A stretch of DNA of 64,000 nucleotides, taken from the IMG/VR virus record IMGVR_UViG_3300031418_000003; one strand, 5' to 3'. Each line of letters starts with the position of its first letter. The stretch's first letter is position 1. Below the pieces are notes generated by a model, which saw only the letters and a list, made by a program, of their open reading frames with translations, was not told the origin of the DNA and ran no database searches. Below are positions 30,936-39,342 of this stretch, piece by piece. A program made the position numbers and the translations under genes. Source of the DNA: a virus. Its lineage: Duplodnaviria > Caudoviricetes.

Positions 30936-31397
30936 TTACTTTCCCATATCCCCGCCAGAGTTGTCCTCGGCTTCTTCCAGAGCTTTGGACGGCAGAGCGG
31001 CATCAGGCAAACTGTTTTCATGAGTCTCCTCTTTCTCCACGTGCTTTGGAATTTCAACAACCAGATTAACCTCCTTAAAACCAAAACCACTGATTTTGAC
31101 TTCATGGGTTTCCAGATTAACCGATGCCACAACGGAGATCGTTGCCGGGACATCTTCTTCGCTGTTGCTGTACTGCAAGATCAGGACTTTACCTTCTTTC
31201 GATTGATCAAACGAAGGCACGAACTCTTTTGGCTTGTCGAAGCTTACCAGCACTTCTCCATTCTCGCCCTTGATCTCATCAATGAAATACTTGAATGGGT
31301 TCGGGGAAAGACTAACCAGGGTAACGGGAAGATCGATTACGTTGGTCTGTGGGGGCTCAGATGCAGTCAAAGTAAAGTTCTTAAGTACAACAGTCAT
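30936..31397 (-). CDS. FVPSFD-family paralog 3 with C-terminal extension
   Basis: Shares FVPSFD...V/I-T/S-GxGF with the two upstream genes; ATG overlaps the previous TGA. Confidence 0.75.
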   Translation of the reverse strand: MTVVLKNFTLTASEPPQTNVIDLPVTLVSLSPNPFKYFIDEIKGENGEVLVSFDKPKEFVPSFDQSKEGKVLILQYSNSEEDVPATISVVASVNLETHEVKISGFGFKEVNLVVEIPKHVEKEETHENSLPDAALPSKALEEAEDNSGGDMGK

Positions 31398-31774
31398 CAA
31401 AAATCTTCCTTATATAAACGGTACATATGAATGGTCACGTACTCAAACCCAGAACCGGTAACTTTGATTTCCTGGGTTTCAATATTGATATCGGCGTAAA
31501 TTTTCACACGAGCTTCGTCAGCGGGCGCACGACTTGCCCAGCTAATGATTCGCGTTGTCTCTTCCTTCTCTTTGTCGAAAGAGGGGACGAATTGTTTCTT
31601 TGGCCAAACAGCGTAATGGAAGTTCATGCCGTCAAAAGGAACCAGCGATGCAGCTTCGAGAATAAAGACACAATCGTCATCGATATCCTTAGCATTGGGA
31701 GGTAATCGAAGAAGTTCTTTTCTCTTAACATGAATTCGACATGGTCCCACTAACTTCTCTTTTGGGATGCCCAT
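31397..31774 (-). CDS. FVPSFD-family paralog 2
   Basis: KKQFVPSFDKEKEE...IKVTGSGFE. Confidence 0.75.
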   Translation of the reverse strand: MGIPKEKLVGPCRIHVKRKELLRLPPNAKDIDDDCVFILEAASLVPFDGMNFHYAVWPKKQFVPSFDKEKEETTRIISWASRAPADEARVKIYADINIETQEIKVTGSGFEYVTIHMYRLYKEDF

Positions 31775-31776
31775 AA

Positions 31777-32148
31777 TTACGCTTCTGAAGTTGGACGGTA
31801 TTCGTAGACCTTAATAACGATCTTCTCGAAACCTTCTCCTGTGACAGTCAATGCGTTGGTAGGAATGTGAAACTTACCAGAAACAAAGACGCGGTCGTGA
31901 CCTTCTTCATCTTTGTTTGACCAGGCCAAGATCTGTTCTTCTTCTGTTTTGTTTTTATCAAAAGAAGGAACAAACCGACGTCCTTTAGCGAATACAACAC
32001 CTTCTTCACCACCGACGTGAACCTCGGACAACTCAATAATAGAGTGGGTCGGAAAGTTTTCACTGGGTAACAGGGTCTCGCCTTTTTCGATGGTGAATAC
32101 CAGGGGTTCACCGACGGTCTCTACATTATCAATATTTTCTACATGCAT
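31777..32148 (-). CDS. FVPSFD-family paralog 1
   Basis: RRFVPSFDKNKTEE...LTVTGEGFE; ATG 32148 lies just downstream of the promoter motif. Confidence 0.75.
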   Translation of the reverse strand: MHVENIDNVETVGEPLVFTIEKGETLLPSENFPTHSIIELSEVHVGGEEGVVFAKGRRFVPSFDKNKTEEEQILAWSNKDEEGHDRVFVSGKFHIPTNALTVTGEGFEKIVIKVYEYRPTSEA

Positions 32149-32171
32149 TTTGATTGTCCAATTGTGGTTAG

Positions 32172-32198
32172 TACACAATGATAATATATGTTTGAATT
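32172..32198 (-). promoter_or_regulatory. Putative early (virion RNAP) promoter, copy 1
   Basis: Minus strand aattcaaacatATATTATcattGTGTA; one of five matching intergenic copies. Confidence 0.6.
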
Positions 32199-32202
32199 AA
32201 TT

Positions 32203-32232
32203 TACCTACTTCCCTTTTACAGGAAGTAGGTA
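32203..32232 (-). terminator. Hairpin terminator
   Basis: tacctacttcc-cttttaca-ggaagtaggta. Confidence 0.7.
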
Positions 32233-32236
32233 GTTT

Positions 32237-32488
32237 TCACTGGGAGAATACTTGCATGGTCCAGCTTTCTTTTCCTTCCATACGGGCTACATCAATCGTA
32301 CCAATGTAGTTATCCATACTTAAGGGGAAGACATAGCCGGCAAAGTCATCGTCAGTAACAGTGAAACCATCTTCGGTAACTGTCGCAACAGTTTTAACGA
32401 AAGGTGCTTGATCAATACCACCCTTGTTCGATTTGATTTCAATGAGCTGACCGGGGAGAATCTCAAGAATTGATTTGAGCATCTTCAC
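32237..32488 (-). CDS. Small hypothetical protein, paralog of 32813..33046
   Basis: EILPGQLIEIKSNKGGIDQAPF aligns with EISPGDLIEISSDSGGIESAPF. Confidence 0.7.
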   Translation of the reverse strand: MKMLKSILEILPGQLIEIKSNKGGIDQAPFVKTVATVTEDGFTVTDDDFAGYVFPLSMDNYIGTIDVARMEGKESWTMQVFSQ

Positions 32489-32795
32489 GATTTTCCGTTA
32501 TCGAGCGTTCAAAGAAAGGCTTCAACTTATCGATATCCGCCTGCAGAATCTTATCAGCGCGCGCCTCTGAGATATCAAAGGTCGTTTGCAGATTGATCCA
32601 AAACATCGCGGTGGTACCGAACACCTTTCCTAACCGCAAAGCCATTTCTGTGGTCAGGGTTGCTTTACCGTTAATCAAACGACTCAACGCTGCTTCTGAG
32701 ACGTCTAGAAGCTTAGCCAGTTTATTACTGGAGAGTTTATGCGGAACCATATACTCTTCTTTCAGGATCTCTCCTGGGGTTGAAGTAATGCGCAT
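32463..32795 (-). CDS. higA: HigA-family antitoxin / HTH-XRE regulator (orphan)
   Basis: TPGEILKEEY...LAKLLDVSEAALSRLINGKATLTTEMALRLGKVFGTTAMFWINLQTTFD is the typical HigA/VapI signature. Confidence 0.85.
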   Translation of the reverse strand: MRITSTPGEILKEEYMVPHKLSSNKLAKLLDVSEAALSRLINGKATLTTEMALRLGKVFGTTAMFWINLQTTFDISEARADKILQADIDKLKPFFERSITENREDAQINS

Positions 32796-32812
32796 TATTC
32801 TTCCTTCAAAGA

Positions 32813-33046
32813 TTACTTATGAAAGATGTGGCAAAGGTTACCTGTTTTCATTTCTACGGTTTGATCATAATTTTCCATAGAAGGTTCAATTGACCAGGTT
32901 TCATCTCCATCGGTAATCGATAAAGAGGAGGTGTTTGATTTTACCACTTCGCGAGTAAATGGTGCACTTTCAATCCCACCCGAGTCGGACGATATTTCAA
33001 TCAGATCACCTGGCGAAATTTCAGCTAACGATACAATTGTTTTCAT
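32813..33046 (-). CDS. Small hypothetical protein, paralog of 32237..32488
   Basis: ATG 33046 overlaps the upstream TAA (TAATG). Confidence 0.7.
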   Translation of the reverse strand: MKTIVSLAEISPGDLIEISSDSGGIESAPFTREVVKSNTSSLSITDGDETWSIEPSMENYDQTVEMKTGNLCHIFHK

Positions 33047-33231
33047 TATTGACCACCTGGCCAAGTAAAAGCATCGGCCTTACCTGTCAGTACTCGCCAC
33101 GCTGCTTTAACGCGTACTTTGAACCCTGGCCAACCTTTAAGACCTTTTGGGCGCGCAGGTACCCACTTACCTCTGATTTGACATTGGGTGTGACTCAATG
33201 CCTGTAACAGATCATCATATTTATATTCCAC
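33046..33231 (-). CDS. Small hypothetical phage protein
   Basis: 61 aa (KWVPARP...KAAWRVLTGKADAFTWP) with RBS; translationally coupled to the next gene. Confidence 0.7.
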   Translation of the reverse strand: MEYKYDDLLQALSHTQCQIRGKWVPARPKGLKGWPGFKVRVKAAWRVLTGKADAFTWPGGQ

Positions 33232-33268
33232 GATTGAATCCCCTTAATGACATCCCTGTCTGTTAATA

Positions 33269-35290
33269 TTAGTCGCGGGCGATTGGGTGCATGAACGCTT
33301 CCAATACGCCACCTTGACGGTTCTTAATACGCATGTTGTTTGGATGACCCAACAATGCACTGGCCTGCCAACCATACAGTAAAGTGTTACCCATACCACG
33401 GTTTAGAATACCTTCATGGAAACTCACGAAGTTACGCGGTTCGTCCCCAGTCGGTGTTCCATAATCCAGATGTTCAGGATCACGTGCCATACATGCCCAC
33501 AGGAAAATAGAGTGCATGATGATGTTGGCTTCCTTATATTTCTCATCCACCACCTTCCAGAATGCGATCATTGTTTCACCGTGAAGTTCTGGTGTCACTT
33601 TCACATCCCAGCGACGATGGACATGTGGAAACTTCAGGAAGCTCTCAACACGTTTACGATACGCATCCAGGTCTTCGTTGACCTGTGGAAGTTCAAACGC
33701 CGGCTCTTTGAAATCGTAATCCTTCAACGAGATCTTAAAGCTTCGGCCTTCTTCTTCCATTGGTTTCGATAACAGATACTCAATAAACGTTTTCGTCATT
33801 CGAGCATCACGGGATGCAATCGTGGTGGTCAGTACTGGGAAATAGGTTGCTTTCTTATCGTCAAACATTGGGTTAACAACGCTGACTTTAAGTTTGATCG
33901 ACTCATAGGTACGGAATCGAGTAGCATCCAAATCATCCATGCTGTCCATGAATTGGAAGTCAGAGAAATCCTGCTGGGTTTCTTTATCCAGAATAATGAA
34001 TGGATCAGAAGCTTCGTTCAGGATATCTTTGTTGAAGTAAATGAAGTCACCGGATTCATCGGTGGTGATGTACGGCATGTCTGGGCGCTGTACTTTAAAC
34101 CCGACGGATGTTGCAGATCCGATACGGTGTTTGGTTTTCAAGATTGACTGACCGATAGGTTCAGCAAACGTGGAACCATAGAACAGACCAGGAACACCTG
34201 CCTTCTTCGTATACGGGTTATACGGGATTGCAGATTCCATTTTACCGAAACACTTAGAACACGGCTTCCCACCTTTAGAATCGTTACACCAGGCGATGTC
34301 ACGAATCCGGATAGAACTGCCGGTTTCCAGTTTCTTCACTTCGTCATATGTCAGTAAGGTATTCGAACCATCATCGTTGATTGTCCAACGCCCCACTAAC
34401 GACTTCTTGAATTCACTGCTGATGATCTTCAGTACCGGACCAATCGTGGCACCGCAATCTGTCTGATAACGAATACCCTGTACAACCTGAGACACGTTGT
34501 GGATCTTTTTATGGAACCACTCGGAGTCCTGAAGTGCAGAGCCGTTACTGATCAGAGAGAAGCCCGCACCTTTGGAGTCACCCAGGGAATCAGCCAGGTT
34601 GGTAATACCATCAGCATAACTGGTCATGATTGTGTTCGGTAAGATAACGTTGTTCAGATCGAATACGTCACCGCGAGACACAATCAACTGGAAAGACTGC
34701 GTTGAGTTTACCGAGCGAGTACGATACAACAGCGTGAAGACATACGGGTTGAAATCCGGTTCTGTCATCATGATCTGTTCGAACTCTTTGTGCCCATCCG
34801 CCATATTGGTTTTACGACTGTGGACACGCTCACGCAGATCTTTGATCTTGGGATGCCGATAGATATGTACGATATCTACAGAACGTGCAGATACCACACC
34901 TTCTTCACCTTTGATCGCCAGATAGTTATGACATTGGTTATGCCAGGTAAAAATCAACTGCTTGATGAAGTCATAAAAGACCGGATCGTCATACTTGGGC
35001 ATTAGACGCTCAAGGAAGTTATCAATCGGTTTCTTCAGGGTATCATCATCAACAAAGGCTTGCCGACCTTCTTTGGCTTTTAGTAAGGCCAGCTCGTTAA
35101 CGAGATAAGGCTCTTCATCATAATGACGATGAACCACCAGACTGAACCAGGTCAGACCAAGCATCCAGGTGTCAGTGATTTGTTTCTCACCTTCATCATC
35201 GATGACTTCAATCTTGAACCGGCGTTCCGTAAACTGCAACATTGCTAAACAAGACAGATTTGCAAACTCACGCAGTTTTATCGTTTTCAC
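33269..35290 (-). CDS. rpoC: Non-virion RNA polymerase beta'-like subunit, C-terminal part (phiKZ gp74-like)
   Basis: TDCGA...IRDIAWC...PCSKCFG Zn site; AEPIGQSILKTKH trigger-loop-like motif. Confidence 0.85.
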   Translation of the reverse strand: MKTIKLREFANLSCLAMLQFTERRFKIEVIDDEGEKQITDTWMLGLTWFSLVVHRHYDEEPYLVNELALLKAKEGRQAFVDDDTLKKPIDNFLERLMPKYDDPVFYDFIKQLIFTWHNQCHNYLAIKGEEGVVSARSVDIVHIYRHPKIKDLRERVHSRKTNMADGHKEFEQIMMTEPDFNPYVFTLLYRTRSVNSTQSFQLIVSRGDVFDLNNVILPNTIMTSYADGITNLADSLGDSKGAGFSLISNGSALQDSEWFHKKIHNVSQVVQGIRYQTDCGATIGPVLKIISSEFKKSLVGRWTINDDGSNTLLTYDEVKKLETGSSIRIRDIAWCNDSKGGKPCSKCFGKMESAIPYNPYTKKAGVPGLFYGSTFAEPIGQSILKTKHRIGSATSVGFKVQRPDMPYITTDESGDFIYFNKDILNEASDPFIILDKETQQDFSDFQFMDSMDDLDATRFRTYESIKLKVSVVNPMFDDKKATYFPVLTTTIASRDARMTKTFIEYLLSKPMEEEGRSFKISLKDYDFKEPAFELPQVNEDLDAYRKRVESFLKFPHVHRRWDVKVTPELHGETMIAFWKVVDEKYKEANIIMHSIFLWACMARDPEHLDYGTPTGDEPRNFVSFHEGILNRGMGNTLLYGWQASALLGHPNNMRIKNRQGGVLEAFMHPIARD

Positions 35291-37370
35291 GCTCTTTCCT
35301 CAATACCAAACCAAAATCAGAGAACATATTGTCAATAACCTGCAGCGAGTGGTTCTTCTTCTCTTCACCCGGACGAATTAACTCAGGGATCAAGAACGGA
35401 TTATCGCTTCGGATTAAACGACGTACAGAAGCTTCCAGTAACTCAGCGGAGTTAGCCCAGGCCAGCATACGCGCTGCGGCTGCACCACCTTTCTGGTTGA
35501 TGAACAGTCGACCTTCGGTTTCGCCCACATTTCGGTTGAGGGTTGCGCGATAGAAATCACGGGCACGCTCATGTTTCGATAACGAGGTTGGGAGACCAAA
35601 GATATTCAACTTAGGTGTAGACTGACACGAGATGTCATCACCGAACTTATCCAGCATGATGTAATACACGCTACTGATAACGATCGGGTGGCGACTGCGT
35701 TTTGTTTCACCCCATTCATTGATCCAGGTTACCGGCGTGGGTTGAATTTCAGGATAGCGGTCAACCAGACGTTCAACAATTTTCACACCTTGAATTTCGT
35801 TGGTATTGTTACCCAGTGATGCAAATTCATTTTCATCCTTCATAATCCATTCCAGATGTTTCATTCGCATTTCTTCGGTAAACTTATCCATGATAGCACC
35901 GTGTTCCGGAGAGACTGTCTCATAGAAATCATAAGCAATCTTCCAAGCCAGATCATAGTCCTTCTTATTATACGCCTCGACGATCTTCGGATATAAATGA
36001 ATATTAACGAAGTTCACATCGAGTTCGATAAAGGAGTTATAAATCTGTCGGCGATAACCAGGGGTATTACCCACGATCATGTCTGCCACATTACCGTGAT
36101 CATCAACCGGTGCCATATGAGAAGGAAGAACTTTCATAATGACCGATTTGTTACCGTCCATACCGGTGTTCTTGAATCGGGTCTTCCCTTCTACTGCTTC
36201 ACGCAGATGAATACGAATACGCCAATCCTTGAGTTGAATATTACCGGTCTTACGTTTGACACGGGTATACTTGCCGTTACTGGTTGGTGTGGTAAAGTCA
36301 CGTGTGATGTTACCCATACCTTCGAAACAGATCAAGTTCCACAGTGCACGAGAGATAGGGACTTTCTTGTCCTTATACATACGCTGCTTCTCTTTATACC
36401 ATTTCACAATCGAGTTAGCGAAGTCGTTATGTGCTTCTTCGATCTTTTCCAGAATAGCAGTATGTGGTTGACTGCGTTTCTCGGCCCGTTTGTTATTAGA
36501 CAAATTCTTATAACGCTCGGTAACCACTTCAATATCTGCAACCACACAGTTAGGACTGGTTGAGTGGAAGAGGATATCATAGATCGGATCCGGTTCCATC
36601 AAGGCGGACTTGGTCAATGCAGCCATTGCACAGTCTGCGTCTTTACGGCGGAAGCCCATGATGATACCGTCAGAGCGCACAGTTTCACCAGACAGTGGGA
36701 AAGGTTGAGGATTATCGATTGTCCCATACAGGTTCAACGGAATATACTCATCTTCGTTCCACTGGAAATCGTGACTGCGTTTAAACGTTACCCCAATCTT
36801 TGCCGCATAGTGCTCAAAGATAACGACGGCGTCCTCTTCGGTAAAGACGTGGGACATCGCTGCCACCTTGGTCTCACAGCCCGGCACCCACTCATTACTT
36901 TCCGTGATACGTGCAGAGGTTGCAAAGACCGTACCTTTACGAAAACGCGCACCTTTACGAACTTGGCGGAGGAGATCATTGTCATAATGAAACTCAAAGC
37001 CAAGGTCCATATTTTGAGCGTGGAACTTAGGCATCTCAATCAGATCATATAAACCTGTTTCGAGATCTTTAACGATAACGTAATAAACACCCCATTTAGT
37101 GGTTTCTTTATCGTTAAGGATGTCACGAACAAAGAGAACTTCTTCGACTTCAACGTCAGAATCAGTTTCTACTTTACGTGCCCCTTTCGAATACTCTTGC
37201 TCCTCACCAGAAATATATTTGCGGTTAGTGGTACCATGAATAACAGCGGCCTTACCCTGGTTCTTCCCGAGCATGTATAAACGAGAAGCGGAGTTGGTCG
37301 CCCGGTTGGTATTCATCCCGATTGCCACACCTGCGGTATTCGGTTTAATCTGATTCTCATGTTGCTTCAT
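35268..37370 (-). CDS. rpoB: Non-virion RNA polymerase beta-like subunit, C-terminal part (phiKZ gp71-73-like), uninterrupted
   Basis: EEDA motif; GKTRFKNTGMDGNKSVI (K..G.HGNKG-like); NVGETEGR (GEME-like); ATG 37370 with GAGGT RBS. Confidence 0.85.
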   Translation of the reverse strand: MKQHENQIKPNTAGVAIGMNTNRATNSASRLYMLGKNQGKAAVIHGTTNRKYISGEEQEYSKGARKVETDSDVEVEEVLFVRDILNDKETTKWGVYYVIVKDLETGLYDLIEMPKFHAQNMDLGFEFHYDNDLLRQVRKGARFRKGTVFATSARITESNEWVPGCETKVAAMSHVFTEEDAVVIFEHYAAKIGVTFKRSHDFQWNEDEYIPLNLYGTIDNPQPFPLSGETVRSDGIIMGFRRKDADCAMAALTKSALMEPDPIYDILFHSTSPNCVVADIEVVTERYKNLSNNKRAEKRSQPHTAILEKIEEAHNDFANSIVKWYKEKQRMYKDKKVPISRALWNLICFEGMGNITRDFTTPTSNGKYTRVKRKTGNIQLKDWRIRIHLREAVEGKTRFKNTGMDGNKSVIMKVLPSHMAPVDDHGNVADMIVGNTPGYRRQIYNSFIELDVNFVNIHLYPKIVEAYNKKDYDLAWKIAYDFYETVSPEHGAIMDKFTEEMRMKHLEWIMKDENEFASLGNNTNEIQGVKIVERLVDRYPEIQPTPVTWINEWGETKRSRHPIVISSVYYIMLDKFGDDISCQSTPKLNIFGLPTSLSKHERARDFYRATLNRNVGETEGRLFINQKGGAAAARMLAWANSAELLEASVRRLIRSDNPFLIPELIRPGEEKKNHSLQVIDNMFSDFGLVLRKERENDKTA

Positions 37371-37394
37371 GTTGCACAATACCTCTTTTCATTA

Positions 37395-37420
37395 TACATA
37401 AAGATAATATCTGCTTGATT
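37395..37420 (-). promoter_or_regulatory. Putative early promoter, copy 2
   Basis: Minus strand aatcaagcagATATTATctttATGTA upstream of the nvRNAP beta gene. Confidence 0.6.
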
Positions 37421-37452
37421 ATCTTTGGCACGAAAATTATTGGAGATCAAAA

Positions 37453-37797
37453 ATGCCTCTTCCTTATGAGGGTGGTGACTCTTACTACTATACCGACGAA
37501 TACAAAGTAATCATACGGTCATGTAAAGAAGTGCTGCTGCAATCTGCTTTCTATACCCCGTTCCAAGGACCGGGTATTAAATTTGCTTACCGTTATAACT
37601 TCCATAAGTTCTTGCGGCAAATTCGTACTGATAATTCAGAGATGACGGCCATCCCGGAAGAACTCATTTGGACCATCTCTTTTCTCAATGGTATTGAAAA
37701 CCCTAATCAGGACTTCAGTCATTTAGACGGCATCTATACTGTCACTGCTGAAAGCATTGATTTGATGATTCAGACAACCCGTACCGTAAGACAATAA
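37453..37797 (+). CDS. Hypothetical accessory protein on the opposite strand
   Basis: 114 aa; GGAG RBS; followed by a palindrome. Confidence 0.7.
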   Translation: MPLPYEGGDSYYYTDEYKVIIRSCKEVLLQSAFYTPFQGPGIKFAYRYNFHKFLRQIRTDNSEMTAIPEELIWTISFLNGIENPNQDFSHLDGIYTVTAESIDLMIQTTRTVRQ

Positions 37798-37814
37798 AAA
37801 ATTAAACAACAATA

Positions 37815-37842
37815 CTACTCCCTACGATATCGTAGGGAGTAG
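37815..37842. terminator. Perfect 28-bp palindrome between convergent genes
   Basis: ctactccctacgat|atcgtagggagtag. Confidence 0.8.
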
Positions 37843-37866
37843 ATATTTACTTATGCTTATTCGCTA

Positions 37867-39342
37867 TTAGTAGCCGTTAAGAGAACCGGTACCTACGAAG
37901 TCCATGCCGTTGTTTTGTTGTGGCATTCCGATACCATTATTCATGCCGTTGTTCACCATGCCATTGGACATAACTGGACGACCAGTATACGGATCATTCA
38001 CAAAAGCACCTCCCTGGTTAGGCATACCAATACCCATCAATGGAACAACACCGCCCTGCTGTTGCATGCCCATCATGTTCATCATACCCATCATGTTCAT
38101 CATTGGGTTCATCATGCCATTCTGCTGCCCGTTCTGAGGCATCTGGAAATCCTCAGAAATGAAGCGACCATCTTCAGCCAGACGACGAATACGAATCATG
38201 CCGTTTGGTTGCTGGAATTTAAATTCATAAATCCCGTTAGCCTGAGAATAGTCACTGCCGATGTAGTTTTCACCAGCCAGCGCATCTGGGGTACGTGGTG
38301 GGTTACCAGAACCACCGCCAGTATTGGTACTTACTGGTTGACCGTTACTGTTGAACATACCGTGGAACGGATTATAGCTGGAGATACGATTTGCATTGCT
38401 GTTGGAAGCCGGCGTCTCCGCAGCCGAGGTCAGATTATAGTTGTTATAATCCAACGCCGGAATCAGAGATTTGATTTCACCGATTTCATCCAGGTCAGAG
38501 ATCCAATCCAGATCAACACCGTAAACACCGATAGAGTCAAACTCTTTACGGAACTTGCCGATGATGCTGTTCATGTCGCTTGCTACCAGACCATAAGAAT
38601 GGAGATAAGCAACCAGACGTGCTGCATCAGGAGAAGTAGAAGAATACTTCTTACGGCTTGGATCCACACAGGCTGGCAGAACCAGCTCGAACAGAGCAAT
38701 GACTGTTACCAGTGCCGCCATAGAAACATTCTGATTATTAAACGACACACGGTCAGTTGGTTTCAGATGTTCGTTCTGGCTAACAGTACGATACAGTTCA
38801 GTATAGAACGGGAAGCTTGGTGTCGCGGTATAATACGCCGTTTCATCGTTATCCGTTTTACCGCCTTTGATGAGGGAGAAGTTAATCAGACGGGAGTCGA
38901 TGCCCTGGTCTTCCACATCAATAGAGATTGTTTTGATAACTTCCAGTACTTCCTGTTTCAGGTTTTTGGTCACGTTCTTAAACGGTTCCAACTGTTCCTG
39001 CATTTTGCCGCTCAGTGTCTTACCGCTTTTCTTGGTTGCCACATTGACAATCACTTCGAACATCGGTTGGAACACGGAATAGATCTTCGCCGCAGTGAGT
39101 TTACGGATGACCTTAAAGATCTCAGTTTCCTTAGACATGATAGACTCACATGCCGGATGGAAGAAGACCTTGCCAATGGTGATCCCGTTCAGGTTATCAG
39201 AGGTTGGCAGATAGACTTGCTTACCGTCAACTTTCACCGGTACTTCGATACCGCTCATGTTCAGCACCAGAGCGTAATCATCGGTGAACTTACAGCCGAA
39301 AGACTTCAGCATGGCTTCATAGATTTTGTTCAATTTGTTCAT
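37867..39342 (-). CDS. Conserved nucleus-block protein (phiKZ gp70-like) with M/N/G/Q-rich C-terminus
   Basis: 491 aa, located between the PicA-like gene and nvRNAP beta; low-complexity tail. Confidence 0.7.
   Translation of the reverse strand: MNKLNKIYEAMLKSFGCKFTDDYALVLNMSGIEVPVKVDGKQVYLPTSDNLNGITIGKVFFHPACESIMSKETEIFKVIRKLTAAKIYSVFQPMFEVIVNVATKKSGKTLSGKMQEQLEPFKNVTKNLKQEVLEVIKTISIDVEDQGIDSRLINFSLIKGGKTDNDETAYYTATPSFPFYTELYRTVSQNEHLKPTDRVSFNNQNVSMAALVTVIALFELVLPACVDPSRKKYSSTSPDAARLVAYLHSYGLVASDMNSIIGKFRKEFDSIGVYGVDLDWISDLDEIGEIKSLIPALDYNNYNLTSAAETPASNSNANRISSYNPFHGMFNSNGQPVSTNTGGGSGNPPRTPDALAGENYIGSDYSQANGIYEFKFQQPNGMIRIRRLAEDGRFISEDFQMPQNGQQNGMMNPMMNMMGMMNMMGMQQQGGVVPLMGIGMPNQGGAFVNDPYTGRPVMSNGMVNNGMNNGIGMPQQNNGMDFVGTGSLNGY

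Noticed and set aside
30908-31153. 81-aa minus-strand alternative-frame ORF
   Set aside because: Lies almost entirely within the FVPSFD paralog, in the +1 frame, so it is not the frameshift product; no RBS.
32813-33231. Possible HigB toxin upstream of higA
   Set aside because: Neither small ORF shows RelE/HigB features; one is a paralog of the gene downstream of higA.
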